DNA of 64,000 nt from Squalus acanthias. Lineage: Eukaryota. Location: NCBI GenBank assembly GCA_030390025.1, contig CM059432.1, positions 17,548,001-17,612,000 of the forward strand. Direction: 5' to 3'. The translations under genes and the position numbers were made by a program. The notes under the pieces are model-generated. The model saw only the letters and a list, made by a program, of their open reading frames with translations. It did not search any database and was not told the origin of the DNA. Shown here piece by piece: positions 34,601 through 48,300 of the stretch. Every line of letters begins with the position of its first letter. The first letter of the stretch is position 1.

Positions 34601-36556
34601 GTTAATCTAGCAGACACATTCTATCGACTTCAGATATTCATCAGATATGCATCCTGGCTATTCCTGAAGTAAAATGTAGAACTATTTTATCTTACCAACT
34701 TATCAACTAAGGGATAAAATGCAATTAAAATCACTCACTATTACAGCAGTGATTACACTTCAAAAGTACTTAATTGGCTGTTAAGCACTTTGGGATGTTC
34801 TGAGGTCATGGAAGATGCTATATAAATATAAGTCTTTCTTTTTGGGCAGAAGCCAGTATGAAGCTCCCTTGATCATGTGTCATTGCGTCATCTTCTACCT
34901 TTCACACACTTACCCGTACCCAGTGAACTTGAATCTCTCCAGGATGCAACTATTTCAGAAAGATACGATCAGCAAGTTCTCTGAGCTTAATTGGGTAGTT
35001 TAGGCCCTTTAACAGATACAATTTGAGCAACATACAGCCGTGATCTTATTGAATGGCGGAGCAGGCTCGAGGGGCCGTATGGCCTACTCCTGCTCCTATT
35101 TCTTATGTTCTTTTAATGATAACAGAAAAGTACCTATCTAAATCCGAACAGCAAACATAATACAGCAACTGTAACTAAACACAAAGGAGAGACTTGCAGC
35201 CTTATATTTAATAGCCACTCACTGTGGGGGTGCTAAATTTAACAGTCAAGGCAGGCATCACAGAATGAGATAAATTACTCAGAGCAATCACCTTCCCCAC
35301 CACCCACTATGTTACAACAATGACTACACTGCAAAAGTACTTCATTGGCTGTAAAGCACTTTAGGGCATCCTGAGGTCATGAAAGGCACTATAGAAATGC
35401 AAGTCTTTCTTTCTTCTCGTGGATTGTGAAGAGGACACAGAGATACACAATTAATACCATTCTGTGGCAGCGACGTCCCACAAACATTTGGATGACCAGT
35501 TAATCTGGTTTTTTTTGGTGGCATTGGTTAAGGAAAGAATACTGGCCAGGACACCAGGAAAATTCCCTGCTCTTCCCTGGAGAGACGGTGCAGGAGGGAG
35601 GGCTTTAGATTCCTGGGGCATTGGGACCGGTTCTGGGGAGGTGGGACCTATACAGGCCGGGCGGGTTGCACCTCAACAGGGCCGGAACCAATATCCTCAT
35701 GGGGAAGTTTGCTAGTGCTATTGGGGAGGATTTAAACTAATTTGGCAGGGGGATGGGCACCAGGATGTAACATTAGAAAGGGGAAATAAAGTGCTTAAAG
35801 GATTGGGAGAGGCAGAGAGCACTAAAGTAAGAAATAGTAAAGTATTAGGTGGGGTCAAACTAAGAGAGAATACAGGATTGTCTAAGATGGGTTTACAGTG
35901 TATGTATGTGAACGCACAAAGTGTAGTAAACAAGGTAAGTGAGCTGCAGACACAAATAGCCACATGGGCATATGATGTTGTGGCAATAACTGAGACCTGG
36001 CTCAAAAAAGGGCAGGATTGGGTATATTCCTGGTTATAATGTGTTCAGGAAAGATAGGGAAGGAAAGATAGGAGGTGGTGTGGCAGTATTGGTCAAGGAG
36101 AATGTTACAGTGCTGGAGAGGGAGGATGTCCTGGAGGGGTCAAGGACAGAATCTATATGGCTAGAGTTAAGAAATAATAAAGGTGCCATTACACTACTAG
36201 GTGTATTAATAGTGGGAAAGATATGGAGGAGCAAAATTACAGAGAAATTACAGAGAGGTGCAAGAACTATAGAATAGTAATAATGGGGGACTTCAATTAT
36301 CCTAATATAGACTGGGATTGTAATAGTGTTAAGGGCAGAGAAGGGGAAGAATTTCTGAAGTGTGTTCAGGAGAACTTTCTCGATCAGTATGTTTCCGGCC
36401 CGACGAGGGAGGAGGCATTGCTGGATCTGGTTCTGGGGGAATGAGGTAGGTCAAGTGGAGCAAGTGTCAGCAGGTGAACATTTAGGAAACAGTAATCATC
36501 GTATCATAAGGTTTAGATTAGCTATGGAAAAGGACAGGGAGCAATCTAGAGTAAAA

Positions 36557-37452
36557 GGGGGAGAAATTCAGTATCGCCCCATTTGGGGCGCAATTATCAG
36601 CCGGGCGCAAAGATTAGCGCCTGCCGCTAATTATCGCCTCCGACTGCAAACTTGACTTTTATCGCCCCTGGAGGTGATTGGAGCGCTAATTCAGGCACTT
36701 CACACCTGTCTTAAGGCGCAAAGGCCGAGGAGCGAGGCGCTACCTCAGAGCGCTGGTGAAGCTCATGTGATGTCAGTCAGCAATGGAACACACACACAAT
36801 GGCGCGGGCCAGTTCTTAAAGGGGAGGGTTGAGCTTGCTTTCCATCCACATCCTGCTCATTGCAGCCTTGAATCTCGGCCTGGAGAGACCTGTACATCAA
36901 ATCTGCTGGAAGGAACAATGGAGAGTACCAGGGAAAGAGCTCAGAGTGCAGCCCCCAAAGTCTCTTCTAAATCGATATAAGGAAGGGCAAATCAAAATGA
37001 ACCTGCAAAGTGCTGCTCAGTACCCAAAACTCCTAAAACACAGCGTTGAATCTCTCCAGAAGTCTCTCTCTCTCTCTCTCTCAGAATGCGTGGTTCAAAA
37101 ATGTCACCAACAATAAAAGGCAGGAAGCAGTCGCCTTTAAATAGCGCTCCCCCAGTCTCTTCCTGACTGCAAAACGCTCCCCTCAACCTGTCGTTGCTAG
37201 CGGCAGGCGGTAAGGCAGGGGGCGCCACTCAATATCCACTCCGGGGCGATACCCGGGCGTTGCGCACTCGACTGACGTCACGATCTGCTGGCGCAGGAGA
37301 TCGTGACGGTAGTGTTTAGCGCCGCCACAAAATGTATAGTTAATTTCGCGAGCGGCGCAAACATCGCCGCGCCTGGGCGCTAGCTGCTTTGCGCCCCATT
37401 AGCGCCCTCTTAAGGCGCTAACGGGAGGCGCAACCAACTGAATTTTTCCCCC
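36557..37452. mobile_element. Harbinger-type MITE
   Basis: 16-bp TIR GGGGGA(G/A)AAATTCAGT; TSD AAA; CpG-rich subterminal regions. Confidence 0.88.
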
Positions 37453-39188
37453 AAAATGTTTAACTGGGCCAATTTCAGTGGGATGAGAACGGATCTCCCT
37501 GGGTAAACTGGAATCAAAGATTGGCAGGTAAAACTGTAATGGAACAATGGGCTGCCTTTAAAGAGGAAATAGTTCAGGTACAGTTGAGGTACATTCCCAT
37601 GAGGGGAAAAGGCAGGGCAGCTAAAGTCAGGGCTCCCTGGATGACGAAAGAGATAGAGAATATGATGAAGCAGAAAAAGAGCGTGTATGACAGATGTCAG
37701 GTCGAGAATACATCTGAGAATCAATCTAAATATAGAAAGGTCAGAGGAGAAGTGAAAAAGAAAATAAGAGGGGCAAAGAGAGGGTATGAGAATAGAATGA
37801 CAGCCAGCATAAAAGGTAGTACAAAAGTCTTCTATAGGCATATAAATAGTAATGGGTAGTAAGAGGAGGGGTGGGGCCGATTAGGGACTAAAAAGGAGAC
37901 CTATGCATGGAGGCAGAGGTACTAAACGAGTACTTTGCATCTGTCTTCACCAAGGAAGAGGATGCTGCCATAGACATTCTATAGGAGGAGGTAGTGGAGA
38001 TACTTGATAGGATAAAAATTGATAAAGAGGAGGTATTAGAAAGGCTGACTGTACTTAAAGTAGATAAATCACCAGGAGCGGATGGGATGCATCCTAGGAT
38101 GCTGAGGGAATTGAGGGAGGAAATCGTGAAGGTACTGGCCATAATCTTCCAATCCTCCTTAGATACGGGGGTGGTGCCAGAGGACTGGAGAATTGTAAAT
38201 GTTACACCATTGTTCAAAAAAGGGTGTAAAGATAAACCCAGCAACTACAGGCCAGTCAGTTTGACCTCGGTAGTGGGGAAGCTTTAAGAACAATAATCAG
38301 GGACAAAATTAACAGTCGCTTGGACGAGTGTGGATTAATTCAGGAAAGCCAGCACGGATTTGTAAAAGGGAAATCGTGTTTAACTAACTTGATTGAGTTC
38401 TTTGATAAGGTAACAGAGAGGGTTGATGAGGGTAATGCGGTTGCCGTAGTGTACATGGATTTCCAAAAGGCGTTCGACAAAGTGCCACATAATAGGCTTG
38501 CCAGCAAAGTTGAAGCCCATGGAATAAAAGGGACAGTGGCAACATGGATACAGAATTGGCTAAGTGATAGGAGACAGAGAGTAGTGGTGAACGGTTGTTT
38601 TTCGGACTGGAGGAAGGTATACAGTGGCATTCCCCAGGGGTCGGTACTAGGACCACTGCTTTTCTTGATTATATATTAATGACTTGGAAGTGGGTGTACA
38701 GGGCACAATTTCAAAATTTGCAGATGAGACAAAACTTGGAAGTATAGTGAACAGCGAGGAGGAGAGTGATAGACTTCAGGAAGACATAGACAGGCTGGTG
38801 AAATGGGCGGACACGTGGCAGATGAAATTTAACGCAGAAAAGTGCGAAGTGATACATTTTGGTCAGAAGAATGAGGAGAGGACATATAAACTAAAGGGTA
38901 CAATCCTGAAGGGGGTGCACGAACAGAGAGACCTGGGGGTATGTGTGCACAAATTGTTGAAGGTGGCAGGGCAGGTTGAGAAAGCAGTTAAGAAGGCTTA
39001 CGGGATCCTGGGCTCATAAATAAAGTTATAGAGTACAAAAGTGTGGAAATTATGATGAACTTGTATAAAACACTGGTTCGGCCCCCAACTGGAGTACTGT
39101 GTCCAATTCTGGGCACCACACTTTAGGAAGGATGTGAAGGCCTTAGAGAGGGTGCAGAAAAGATTTACGAGAATGATTCCAGGGATGA

Positions 39189-39591
39189 ATGAGAGGTGAT
39201 CTTATTGAAGCATATAAGATTCTGAGGGGGCTTGACAGGGTAGATGCAGGGAGGATGTTTCCCCTCGTGGGCGAATCTAGAACTAGGGGGCACAGTTTCA
39301 GGATAAGCGGTCGCCCATTTAAAACGGAGATGAGGAGGAATTTCTTCTCTCAGAGGGTCGTGAATCTTTGGAATTCTCTTCCCCAGAGAGCTGTGGAGGC
39401 AGAGTCATTGAATATATTCAAGGTGGAGGTTGACTGATATTTGAGCTACAGGGGAGCCAAGGGTTACGGGGAGCGGGCAGGAAAGTGGAGTTGAGGCCAA
39501 GATCAGATCAGCCATGATCTTATTGAATGGCGGGGCAGGCTCGAGGGGCCGAATGGCCTACTCCTGCTCCTATTTCTTTCTTATGTTCTTA
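39189..39591 (+). mobile_element. CR1 3' fragment nested inside another CR1
   Basis: Has its own tail TTCTTATGTTCTT; TSD ATGA; host frame MIPGM/RDFSY rejoins across it. Confidence 0.85.
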
Positions 39592-42050
39592 ATGAGGGAC
39601 TTCAGTTATGTTGATAGACTGGAGAAGCTGGGGTTGTTCTCCTTGGAGCAGAGAAGGTTGAGAGGAGATTTGATAGAGGTGTTTAAATTCCTGAGGGGTC
39701 TGGACAGAGTAGATAGAGGGAAACTGTTCCCATTGGCAGACGGGATGAGAACCAGAGGACACAGATTTAAGGTGATCGGCGAAATAACCAAAGGCGACGT
39801 AAGAAAAAACTTTGTTACGCAGCGAGTGGTTAAGATCTGGAATGCACGGCCTGAAAGGGTGGTGGAGGCAAATTCAATCCCTGGCTTTAAAAAGGGAGCT
39901 GGATAAGTACCTGAAGGAAAGAAATTTGCAGGACTACGGGGAAAGGGCAGGGGGAGTGGGACTAGCTGAAGTGCTCTTGCAGAGAGCCAGCACGGGCTCG
40001 ACAGGCCGAGTGGCCTTCTTCCGTGTTGTAACCATTCTATGATTCTTCCAAACAGGCAGTTGGAGCCTTCCTTAACAACTCATCCAAAGGCAGCATATCC
40101 AGTCATGCAGCACTGCCTGAGTACTGAAGTCCCAGCCTGGATTATGTTCACACGCCCCTGAAGCAGCATTCAAACCCAGAAACTTGAGATCCAGTGCTAC
40201 CAACTGAGCCAAGCAGGAAACCTCCAGCCTTCCGACCCACTCACAGTCGCTACCAAAAACAAAATATTAGGAGAGTGAGGGAAAGATAAGAATACTAAAG
40301 GGAATAAAAGTAATTTAAGTTGAGTCTTCACAAAAGTAAATTATTAAAAAAAAACCTGGCAGGGCAGCATAACCCTTCATGAAAAGAGAGAGCAGATTAA
40401 ATAAAATTGCAGAAGGAAAGTGTCCTGGGTCCAGGAGTAAATCTAAACATCAGTCATCATATACCTACTCCCAGCTCTTACCTCATCAACATGAGCAGTA
40501 AACATTTAATGAGCACGGTAACATTTAATTAAAGATTTTAAGGCCATTAACTATAAAGAGCATGACTCGAAGGCAAGCTTATGGCGGGTACAGTTCAGTA
40601 GCTAAAGCAGCATTGTCATTATCATTCTAGTCAGATATGCCGGTTACACTTGTGTCCAAACAGTTCTTTGTCATGGTTCAGATCTCCAAGGCCCACAACG
40701 GAAGGGATTCCTGTGGCCGCATTTGAAATCCAGGACCAATCCACGAGGTGGATTTGTGGCAAAAAGGGGAAGGAAGAGCTCTGACCTGTCATTGTGTGCC
40801 CTGAAGTGGGTGTCAGCCTCAGGGTTGGCACCCTTCTTAGGAACATACAAACATAGGAACAGGAGTAGGGCTGTTCAGCCCCTCGAGCCTGCTCCGCCAT
40901 TTAGTTAGATCATAGCTGAACTGTACCTCAACTCCATTTACCCACCTTAGCTCCATATCCTGTGATACCCTTACCTAACAAAAATACATTGATCTCAGTC
41001 TTGAAAGCTCTAATTATTTTTGTGTGACACAGTCACACCCATATGCAACCCTTTTATTTATATATTGTAGATCGCTCGTGTTGTTACATCAGGGGAGTGA
41101 TGTTGAAGCTCAGAATTGGGAGAGGAATGCAGATCTCCAGTGGAAGAATTTAGAAAGAAGTTTTTAAGGATTCTACCTAAAGATAGTTGAGTAAGATCTT
41201 TTTGATTTGTTCTTGGCGAATTAATAGATAATGTTTTCCTTATCCACCACTGCAAACATAAATATCACAGCTGCAAAGATAAATCTCACAATTGCTGTTG
41301 CTCCTTCAGGGTGCTGACACTTCAAGTAATCACAAATCACCTGCAATCATATTGATGCATTCTGGAAGTTTCCTTCACAATCCACACACTCAGAATCTGC
41401 TGGGAATTTCCTTTCTGGCATTTCATAGATAGAATCATAGATCATAGAATCATAGATACTTACAGCACAGAGGGGCCATTCGGCCCGTCGTGCCTGTGCT
41501 GGCTCTTTGAAAAAGCAGTCGTGTTTAGTCCCACACCCCCATAATTTTATAGATGTTCTGTCTTAATATAAGACATAGAATTCTGATACAGATGGACCAC
41601 ATTCTTGGGGACACGTTTATAGACAAAAATATGCTTTTGTATGGGTACGTTTAATCATTTTCTTGTAAATTTGTATAATTTTTTGTCTTTATTATGTTAC
41701 AATCTATATTTCCAGGACTCAGGTTTCTGGCTGATGAGAATTCAAGATTGCAGCCAAGAGTATTTTCAAGAAATATTTTGAGTGATTTGATTGGTTTGCC
41801 TTCTCCTTTTTCAGTCACTGTTGCTGACTGCCTATTTTTGATTTGTAATGTTTTGAACATCATGATTAACAGTTGTCATTCATGTTTGCTACTTGGCAAT
41901 TGCTACATTCCATATCTGTTCAATTGTGATTTATTGTTGAATAGAAAATGTATGCGAATTAGCTGGAAAAATTGTGTATAAGGTGTGATACCTGAAGTGT
42001 GAGGCCCAAAGTGTAACAAAGGAAGTATGATGTAAATAACTTTTGAATAT

Positions 42051-42369
42051 AACAACAACAATTTGTATATATATATAGCGCCTTTAACGTAGTAAAACGT
42101 CCAAGGCGCATCACAGGAGCGATATCAAACATAATTTGACACTGAGCCACATAAGGAGATATTGGGGCAAATTACCAAAAGCTTGGTCAAAGAGATAGGT
42201 TTTAAGGTCGGTCTTAAAGGAGGAAAGAGAGGTAGAGAGGCGGAGAGCTTTAGGCAGGGAATTCCAGAGCTTGGTGGAGCGATTAAAATCAGGCTGCCCA
42301 AGAGGCCAGAATTAGAGGGGTGCGGATATCTCGGAGGGTTGGGGGGCCGGAGGAGATTCCAGAGATAGG
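42051..42369 (-). mobile_element. L2-clade LINE 3' fragment
   Basis: Reverse complement of the 3' end seen at ~8800-9117, with (CAA)n. Confidence 0.8.
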
Positions 42370-43896
42370 GATATGTAGGGGGTGGTGTTTTTGTGTCAGC
42401 TTCACCTCTGACTTCTGAGCGGTTCGAATCGCTCCCACTCCCTTGGTTCTAGACCTTGGACTTATTTGGGGGTTGTGATAAAAGGTGCAGCAGACAACTG
42501 AGTTTGATGAAAGAACTTCAATCTTTATTAAAAGGTAAAACACAAATAATAACACTCTTATCACTCTAAAGGTGGGGAACACTTCGGTACAAGCGAGGGA
42601 AATGACAGTAGAACAATACTTCACCCCTCCCAACCCCACTTTACTAGCTAAGTTAGGTTTTGAAGGACCAGGGATAATGCTCACCAATCCTTTGACAGTT
42701 GGGCTAAATCGCGGTTTTGGGGTTCGCTGTTTATGGCGGTTAGTGTCTGCCGTACCCCGTACGTGGTAGAGGACTTCACCTGGGTCTCTGGTCAGTCTTC
42801 GCGAGTCCGCTGATGCAGTAGGATGTCGTTATGGATTTATCTGGTGAGTACCCAATTTCTTTAGTTCAGCAGTAGGGCTTAGAGTCTTTGGGGAAAATCT
42901 TACCCAGGGGTAAGTCAGGAGTAGTTTGTAGTGTGGAAACTTTGCGATTCTTCGGGTTTTCTTCCTCTTGGAGTTGGTCTTTGTTGGTCGCGGTGGCCTG
43001 CGATTACCCGGTCAGTTGGGGGTAATGCGCGGTTGTTGGTTTCGTGAGGCCTTTGGTTTCCGCGATGGCTTTAGGCCTTGGTTGGTGTGTCGGTCGACCT
43101 CGTGGAGCGTCGGTGACTGGTTGCTGCTTGTTGCTCCGTGTGGCTGTGTTGGGGCCGTTGTTGGAGGTCCGTCGAGGTGGTGTCTTCGCGAGCTGGACTC
43201 AGGTGTGTCTGAGTGGTGAGCGATGCCGACTCGCTTCCAGCTCGGGCCTTCTTCTTCTTGGTCTCTCCTCTTCTCGCTAGCTCTCCTTCCTTCTTCTTTC
43301 TGGTGTGTGCTTGGTGGGCCTCCAATTATACAGAATTGAAGTGGCCTTATCTACCCGCCAAATCTGTTCAGTTCATTGTCTAGTTTTGGTGGGCTCGTAA
43401 ATCGGTAACGATTTACGAGCACGTTAACTGGGTTTTAACAGGCCTTCAATCTGACCCATTGGGCTGGATTTTGAATGACCCGTGGAGTCAGGTTTGGAGG
43501 TGTGTGGGGGTTAAAGTAGCAGATTCGGGGGTCCCGACCCCATCCCGCCTCCAAGAGGCGGGAGAGGCCATTAACGCCCTTAAAGTGGCTCAGTAATGCC
43601 ATTTTGAAGCATTTTAGGTAGTTTAACCCTTTTCCCACGTGAAGCACGTCTGATGGGAAGCACTCCAGTGAAACCTGGCGGGAGCACAAGTGGATTGCTG
43701 ACTCTCAGCTGCAGCTCAACCTTTAAATAGGAGATTTGATCAGCCATCAATTGCAGGTGGCAGGACTTTGTTGTCACAGGTCTGGGGGAACTTTTAGAAG
43801 TTTGGAGCCTGACACCCATCTGCAGTGTGACCTCCTGGGAACCCCCTCTCGCCACCCTCATTGAGGGCTTCCTCAACTGAGACATATACCAGAGGC

Positions 43897-45103
43897 ATGG
43901 GAGCCATTTATTTCTTTCCCTACTGGGCATCCGATGAGGACGAACAACAGCCGCGGCAGCAGCAGAACCATGAACAACAGCAGCACCAACAGCAGCAGTA
44001 ACAACAGGAGCGCCAAGCTGCTGCTCACCCACCTGAAGCTGCACAGGACAGAAGGGGCCAGCGCATGGAAGGCCGTCGGTGCAGGAGATACCCCCCAAAC
44101 AGGGTCTACAGACAGAGGGTCAGCTACCTCAACATGTCTGAGCAGCAGTGCCAAAGGCGGCTCCGACTTTCACGAGAGGTAGTGGGTGACATCTGCGCAA
44201 TGCTGCAACAAGACCTGGAGCCCAGAGTACCAGGTGGACGCCCCTTACCAGTGGCCGTCAAAGTCACCACCGCACTCAACTTTTTTGCCTCAGGCTCATT
44301 CCAGGGATCAGCAGCAGACATCAGCGGCATCTCCCAGGCGGCCGCACACACCTGCATCACGCAGGTAACCGATGCCCTCTTTGCCATCGCGCACAATCAC
44401 ATCCATTTCACCAAGGATCGAGCAAGTGTCACGGCGCGTGCGGTTGGATTAGCTAATCTGGCAGGTTTTCCAAGGGTGCAGGGCGTCGTTGACTGCACAC
44501 ATGTGGCCCTTAAGGCCCTCCATCGCAATCCAGGTATTTTTGTTAACCGCAAGGGCTTCCACTCCCTCAACGTTCAGCTGGTGTGTGACCACAACAAGGA
44601 AGTTCTGCATGTTTGTGCCAAGTACCCTGGCAGTTGCCATGACTCCTTCATACTGCGCCAGTCTAGTGTGCCTCCGCTATTCAGTCCGCCAGACCAACTT
44701 TATGGATGGCTACTTGGAGACAAGGGCTATCCCCTGAAGACGTGGCTAATGACGCCGTTGAGGAGCCCATCCAATGCAGCTGAGGAGAGCTACAACACCA
44801 GAGCCATAATTGAGCAAAACATGCCTGGATAGATCAGGTGGAGCCCTGCAATACTCAGCAGCCGGGGTCTCCAGAATCATCGTGGTTTGCTGTGCACTTC
44901 ACAACATGGCACAGCGTCGTGGCTTACAGATGCCGGAGGACCAAGTGGCTCCTCACATAGCCTCCTCAGATGAGGAGGAGGAGGAGGAGGAGGAGAGAGA
45001 GAACGAACAACTTGCAGAGGCCCCTCAACCAGCGGCAGCATTACGCGAGACCATAGCTGCCCGGAATGCAAGGAACGCACTCATCTTGGCCAGATTTGCT
45101 TAG
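43897..45103 (+). pseudogene. Harbinger (HARBI1-like) DDE transposase, disrupted
   Basis: [41 protein letters not shown]; in-frame TAA at 43999-44001; deletion/frameshift near 44820. Confidence 0.92.
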
Positions 45104-45360
45104 CCTAGACAAGCAAGCACTTTTGCCTCGCAGCTTCTTACCAGAGCTACGACAATGGCCCAGACCCAGCGGATCCCTAACAATGTGACCACCATACTGA
45201 CAATTGCAAGTTATCCTAAGACCTCATTGTGGAAGTCCCATTAGCGAAATGACAGACGCCACAACTGCAGCTGTAGCCATCAGAGTTTTTATTTAAACTT
45301 TACACCTGATGGCTTTTTCACAATACACATCAAAATTCACCCAAGTGACTACCCTTGTGA

Positions 45361-48300
45361 CTATTTGTGCAGTTTCTTTCTCTTACGCGTGCTCCTACGT
45401 GGTGCTTCCCCTGTGGCTTCATCAGAAGTGGAGGCCCCCTGCTCACTTTGTTGCTGCTCCTGTCTCGACTCCTTTGGCGGGGGCCCTCTGGGGTTGTGAA
45501 CCTGAGAGGGTCCGGCAACAGTCTGCTGCTCCTGCGGCTGGCCAGCGGTTGAGACGCCGATCTCACTTGGGTGCGGACTCTGGTGGGGCTCTGACCGAGG
45601 ACCTGTCAGTGGCATGGAAGCGTGAGCGCTTGGAGAGGAGCCCCCACCTCCTTGTTGTGTGCCACCAACATCCCTCTCATGGGTCAGGTCCACCTCAGCG
45701 CTTGCAAGTGGCTTGAGAGCACCTTGCTGCACATCAGGGGGGCCATGGGGACCCGTATCTGCACTGGAAGTCCTACTCAGAAGGACTTCCATGAAGGTCT
45801 GGTTCCTCTGTTCAATAGATGACCATCGCTCCTCCAGAGATGTCATTCTATTCAGAACACTCACCATGTTTTCTGCCCTCTGGCGACTTATCACTTCCAT
45901 GGAGGTTGCCATCCTTTCCATGGTGATGCGTTCATGCGCCAATGACTCCACAAAGGCTCTGCTCATGTTTGCTATGGACTCCTCCATTCGCTCCACACTC
46001 GCAGCGACCCTGGAGACAAAACCTGTCAGAGACTCCTGCATCTGTTCCTGGAGTCCCAGCACCGCTGATCTTATGGATGGACCCAGAGGCAGAGGGTTGA
46101 CATGCAGCTGAGCCAAGCTAGGAGAGTCCTGCGCCCTCCGACTAGGACTCTCCACTGCTGTCCCTGTCTCCACCATCTGCTGATGCTCACTTGTGAGCTG
46201 TGATACACCAGGTGACAACACTACTCTATGTCCCGAGGGTCCCACCGAGGTGTGAGTGTCTGCGCTGGTGCTGGGTGCGCTGAGTTCTGCTGACGCTGCG
46301 CCCTCAGAGGTTGCAGCTTCCTCTGAGGAGTCTGTCTGCTCAGGCTGTTCCTCCTGGCTAGTGGGGACGGGTGCTTGCGATGGTCCTGTGGGGGAGTAAA
46401 GGAAAGAGTCAGAGATGTGATGCCAAGGTTACATGCACATTGCATATTGCAGATGATCATAAATCCATCTGTTAGAGCTTCAGATTCATTATCAGCGACT
46501 CATGCAATGACTGGCTCTGTTGCAAAGAAGGGAGGGAAAAAGAGTGGCAGGGCTATAGTAATAGGGGATTCGATTTTAAGGGGAATAGATAGGGGTTTCT
46601 GTGGTCGCGACCGAGACTCCAGGATGGTATGTTGCCTCCCTGGTGCAAGGGTCAAGGATGTCTCGGCGCGGGTGCAGAACATTCTGGAGGGGGAGGGGGA
46701 ACAGCCAGTTGTCGTGATACATGTTGGTACCAACGACGTAGCTAAAAAAAGGGAAGAGGTCCTACAAGTAGAATTTAGGGAGTTAGGAGCCAAGCTAAAA
46801 AGTAGGACCTCGAAGGTAGTAATCTCTGGATTACTACCAGTGCCACGTGCTAGTAAGAGTACAGAGAACAGGATAGTTAGGCTAAATACGTGGCTTGAGC
46901 AGTGGTGTAAGAGGGAGGGTTTTAAATTTTTGAGGCATTGGAACCAGTTTTGTGGTAGGTGTGACCTATACAAAAGGGACGGTCTACACCTGTGCAAAGA
47001 TGGAACTGATGTTCTCGGGGTAATTTTTGATAAAGCAGTTCGGGAGCATTTAAACTAGTATGGCAGGGGGCTAGAAACCTATGTAGTGAAATAGAGGAAA
47101 GTGAAAGGCAGACAGAAATAAATGGTAAAAGGGTGAGGAACAAAAAACAAAGGGCCAAACTAATTCATAAAAAATGTGAGCATAAAAAAAGCCTAAGGCT
47201 TTTATACCTTAATGCGAGAAGCATCAGGAACAAGGTAGATGAATTAGCTGTGGAAATAGAGGTTAATAATTATGATCTAATTGGGATTACGGAAACATGG
47301 TTGCAGGGTGAGCAGGGCTGGGAGCTTAACATACAGGGGTATTCAGTATTTAGGAAGGATCGACACAAAGAAAGGGAGGAGGGGTAGCATTGCTGGTAAA
47401 AGAGGGGATAAATGCAATTGAAAGGAAGGATATTAACTCAGTTAATACAGAATCTATATGGAGCTAAGAAATAGCGAGGGGCGAAAAAAATTAATAGGAG
47501 TGGTATATAGGCCTCCAAATAGTAAAATAGAGGTTGGGGAGGGCATCACGAGGGAAATTAGAGAAGCGTGCAATAAGAGCACAGCTGTCATCATAGGTGA
47601 CTTTAACTTACATATAGATTGGACTAGCCTAATCAGTAAAAATAATGAGGAGGAGGAATTCCTTGAGTGTTTAAGGGATGGTTATCTGGATCAATATGTC
47701 GAGGAACCAACTCGGGAACAGGCTATATTGGACTGGGTACTGTGCAATGAGAAGGGACTAATTAGTAATCTTGTTGTACGGGGACCCTTGGGTCAGAGCG
47801 ATCATAACATGATCGATTTCTCACTCGAAATGGAGAGCGAAGAAATTGACTCAGAGACTAAGGTCCTGAATTTAAACAAGGGGAATTATGATGCCATTAG
47901 ACGGGAACTGAGTAGGTCTGATTGGACAACGTTCCTGGGAGGACTGGAGGTAGATAAACAATGGCAAGCATTTAAAGATAGAATGACAAAATTGCAAAAA
48001 TTGTTTATACCAATCTGGCATAAAAGGAAATCTAAAAAGGTGACTCAACCGTGGATAACAGGGGAAATTAGAGACAGCATAAAATCCAAAGATAGGGCGT
48101 ATAAAATAGCCAAAAAAAGCGCCAGAGCGGAAGATTGGGAACAGTTTAAGATAGAGCAAAGGAGGACAAAGGGCTTAATCAAGAGGGGCAAAATAGCTTA
48201 CGAAAGCAAGCTGGCGGAAAATATAAAAACTAACTCCAAAAGCTTTTATAAGTATATCAAGAGGAAAAGACTGGTGAAAACCAAAGTTGGTCCATTGCAG

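Larger units (their letters stand above)
35575..40046 (+). mobile_element. CR1 LINE (ORF1 3' end + ORF2), degraded, with nested MITE and nested CR1 fragment
   Basis: MYVNAQS, ITETWL, MGDFNYPNIDW, MDFQKAFDKVPH, KFADETK; ATTCTATGATTC tail. Confidence 0.92.

Noticed and set aside
34294..34617. CEEDGIVTDENYLETL resembling a CIDE-N domain motif
   Set aside because: Only a short resemblance; the rest of the domain and supporting splice sites are absent.
44065..44832. Domesticated HARBI1 gene
   Set aside because: Lies within TIRs with a partner Myb gene and is disrupted, so it is a transposon copy.
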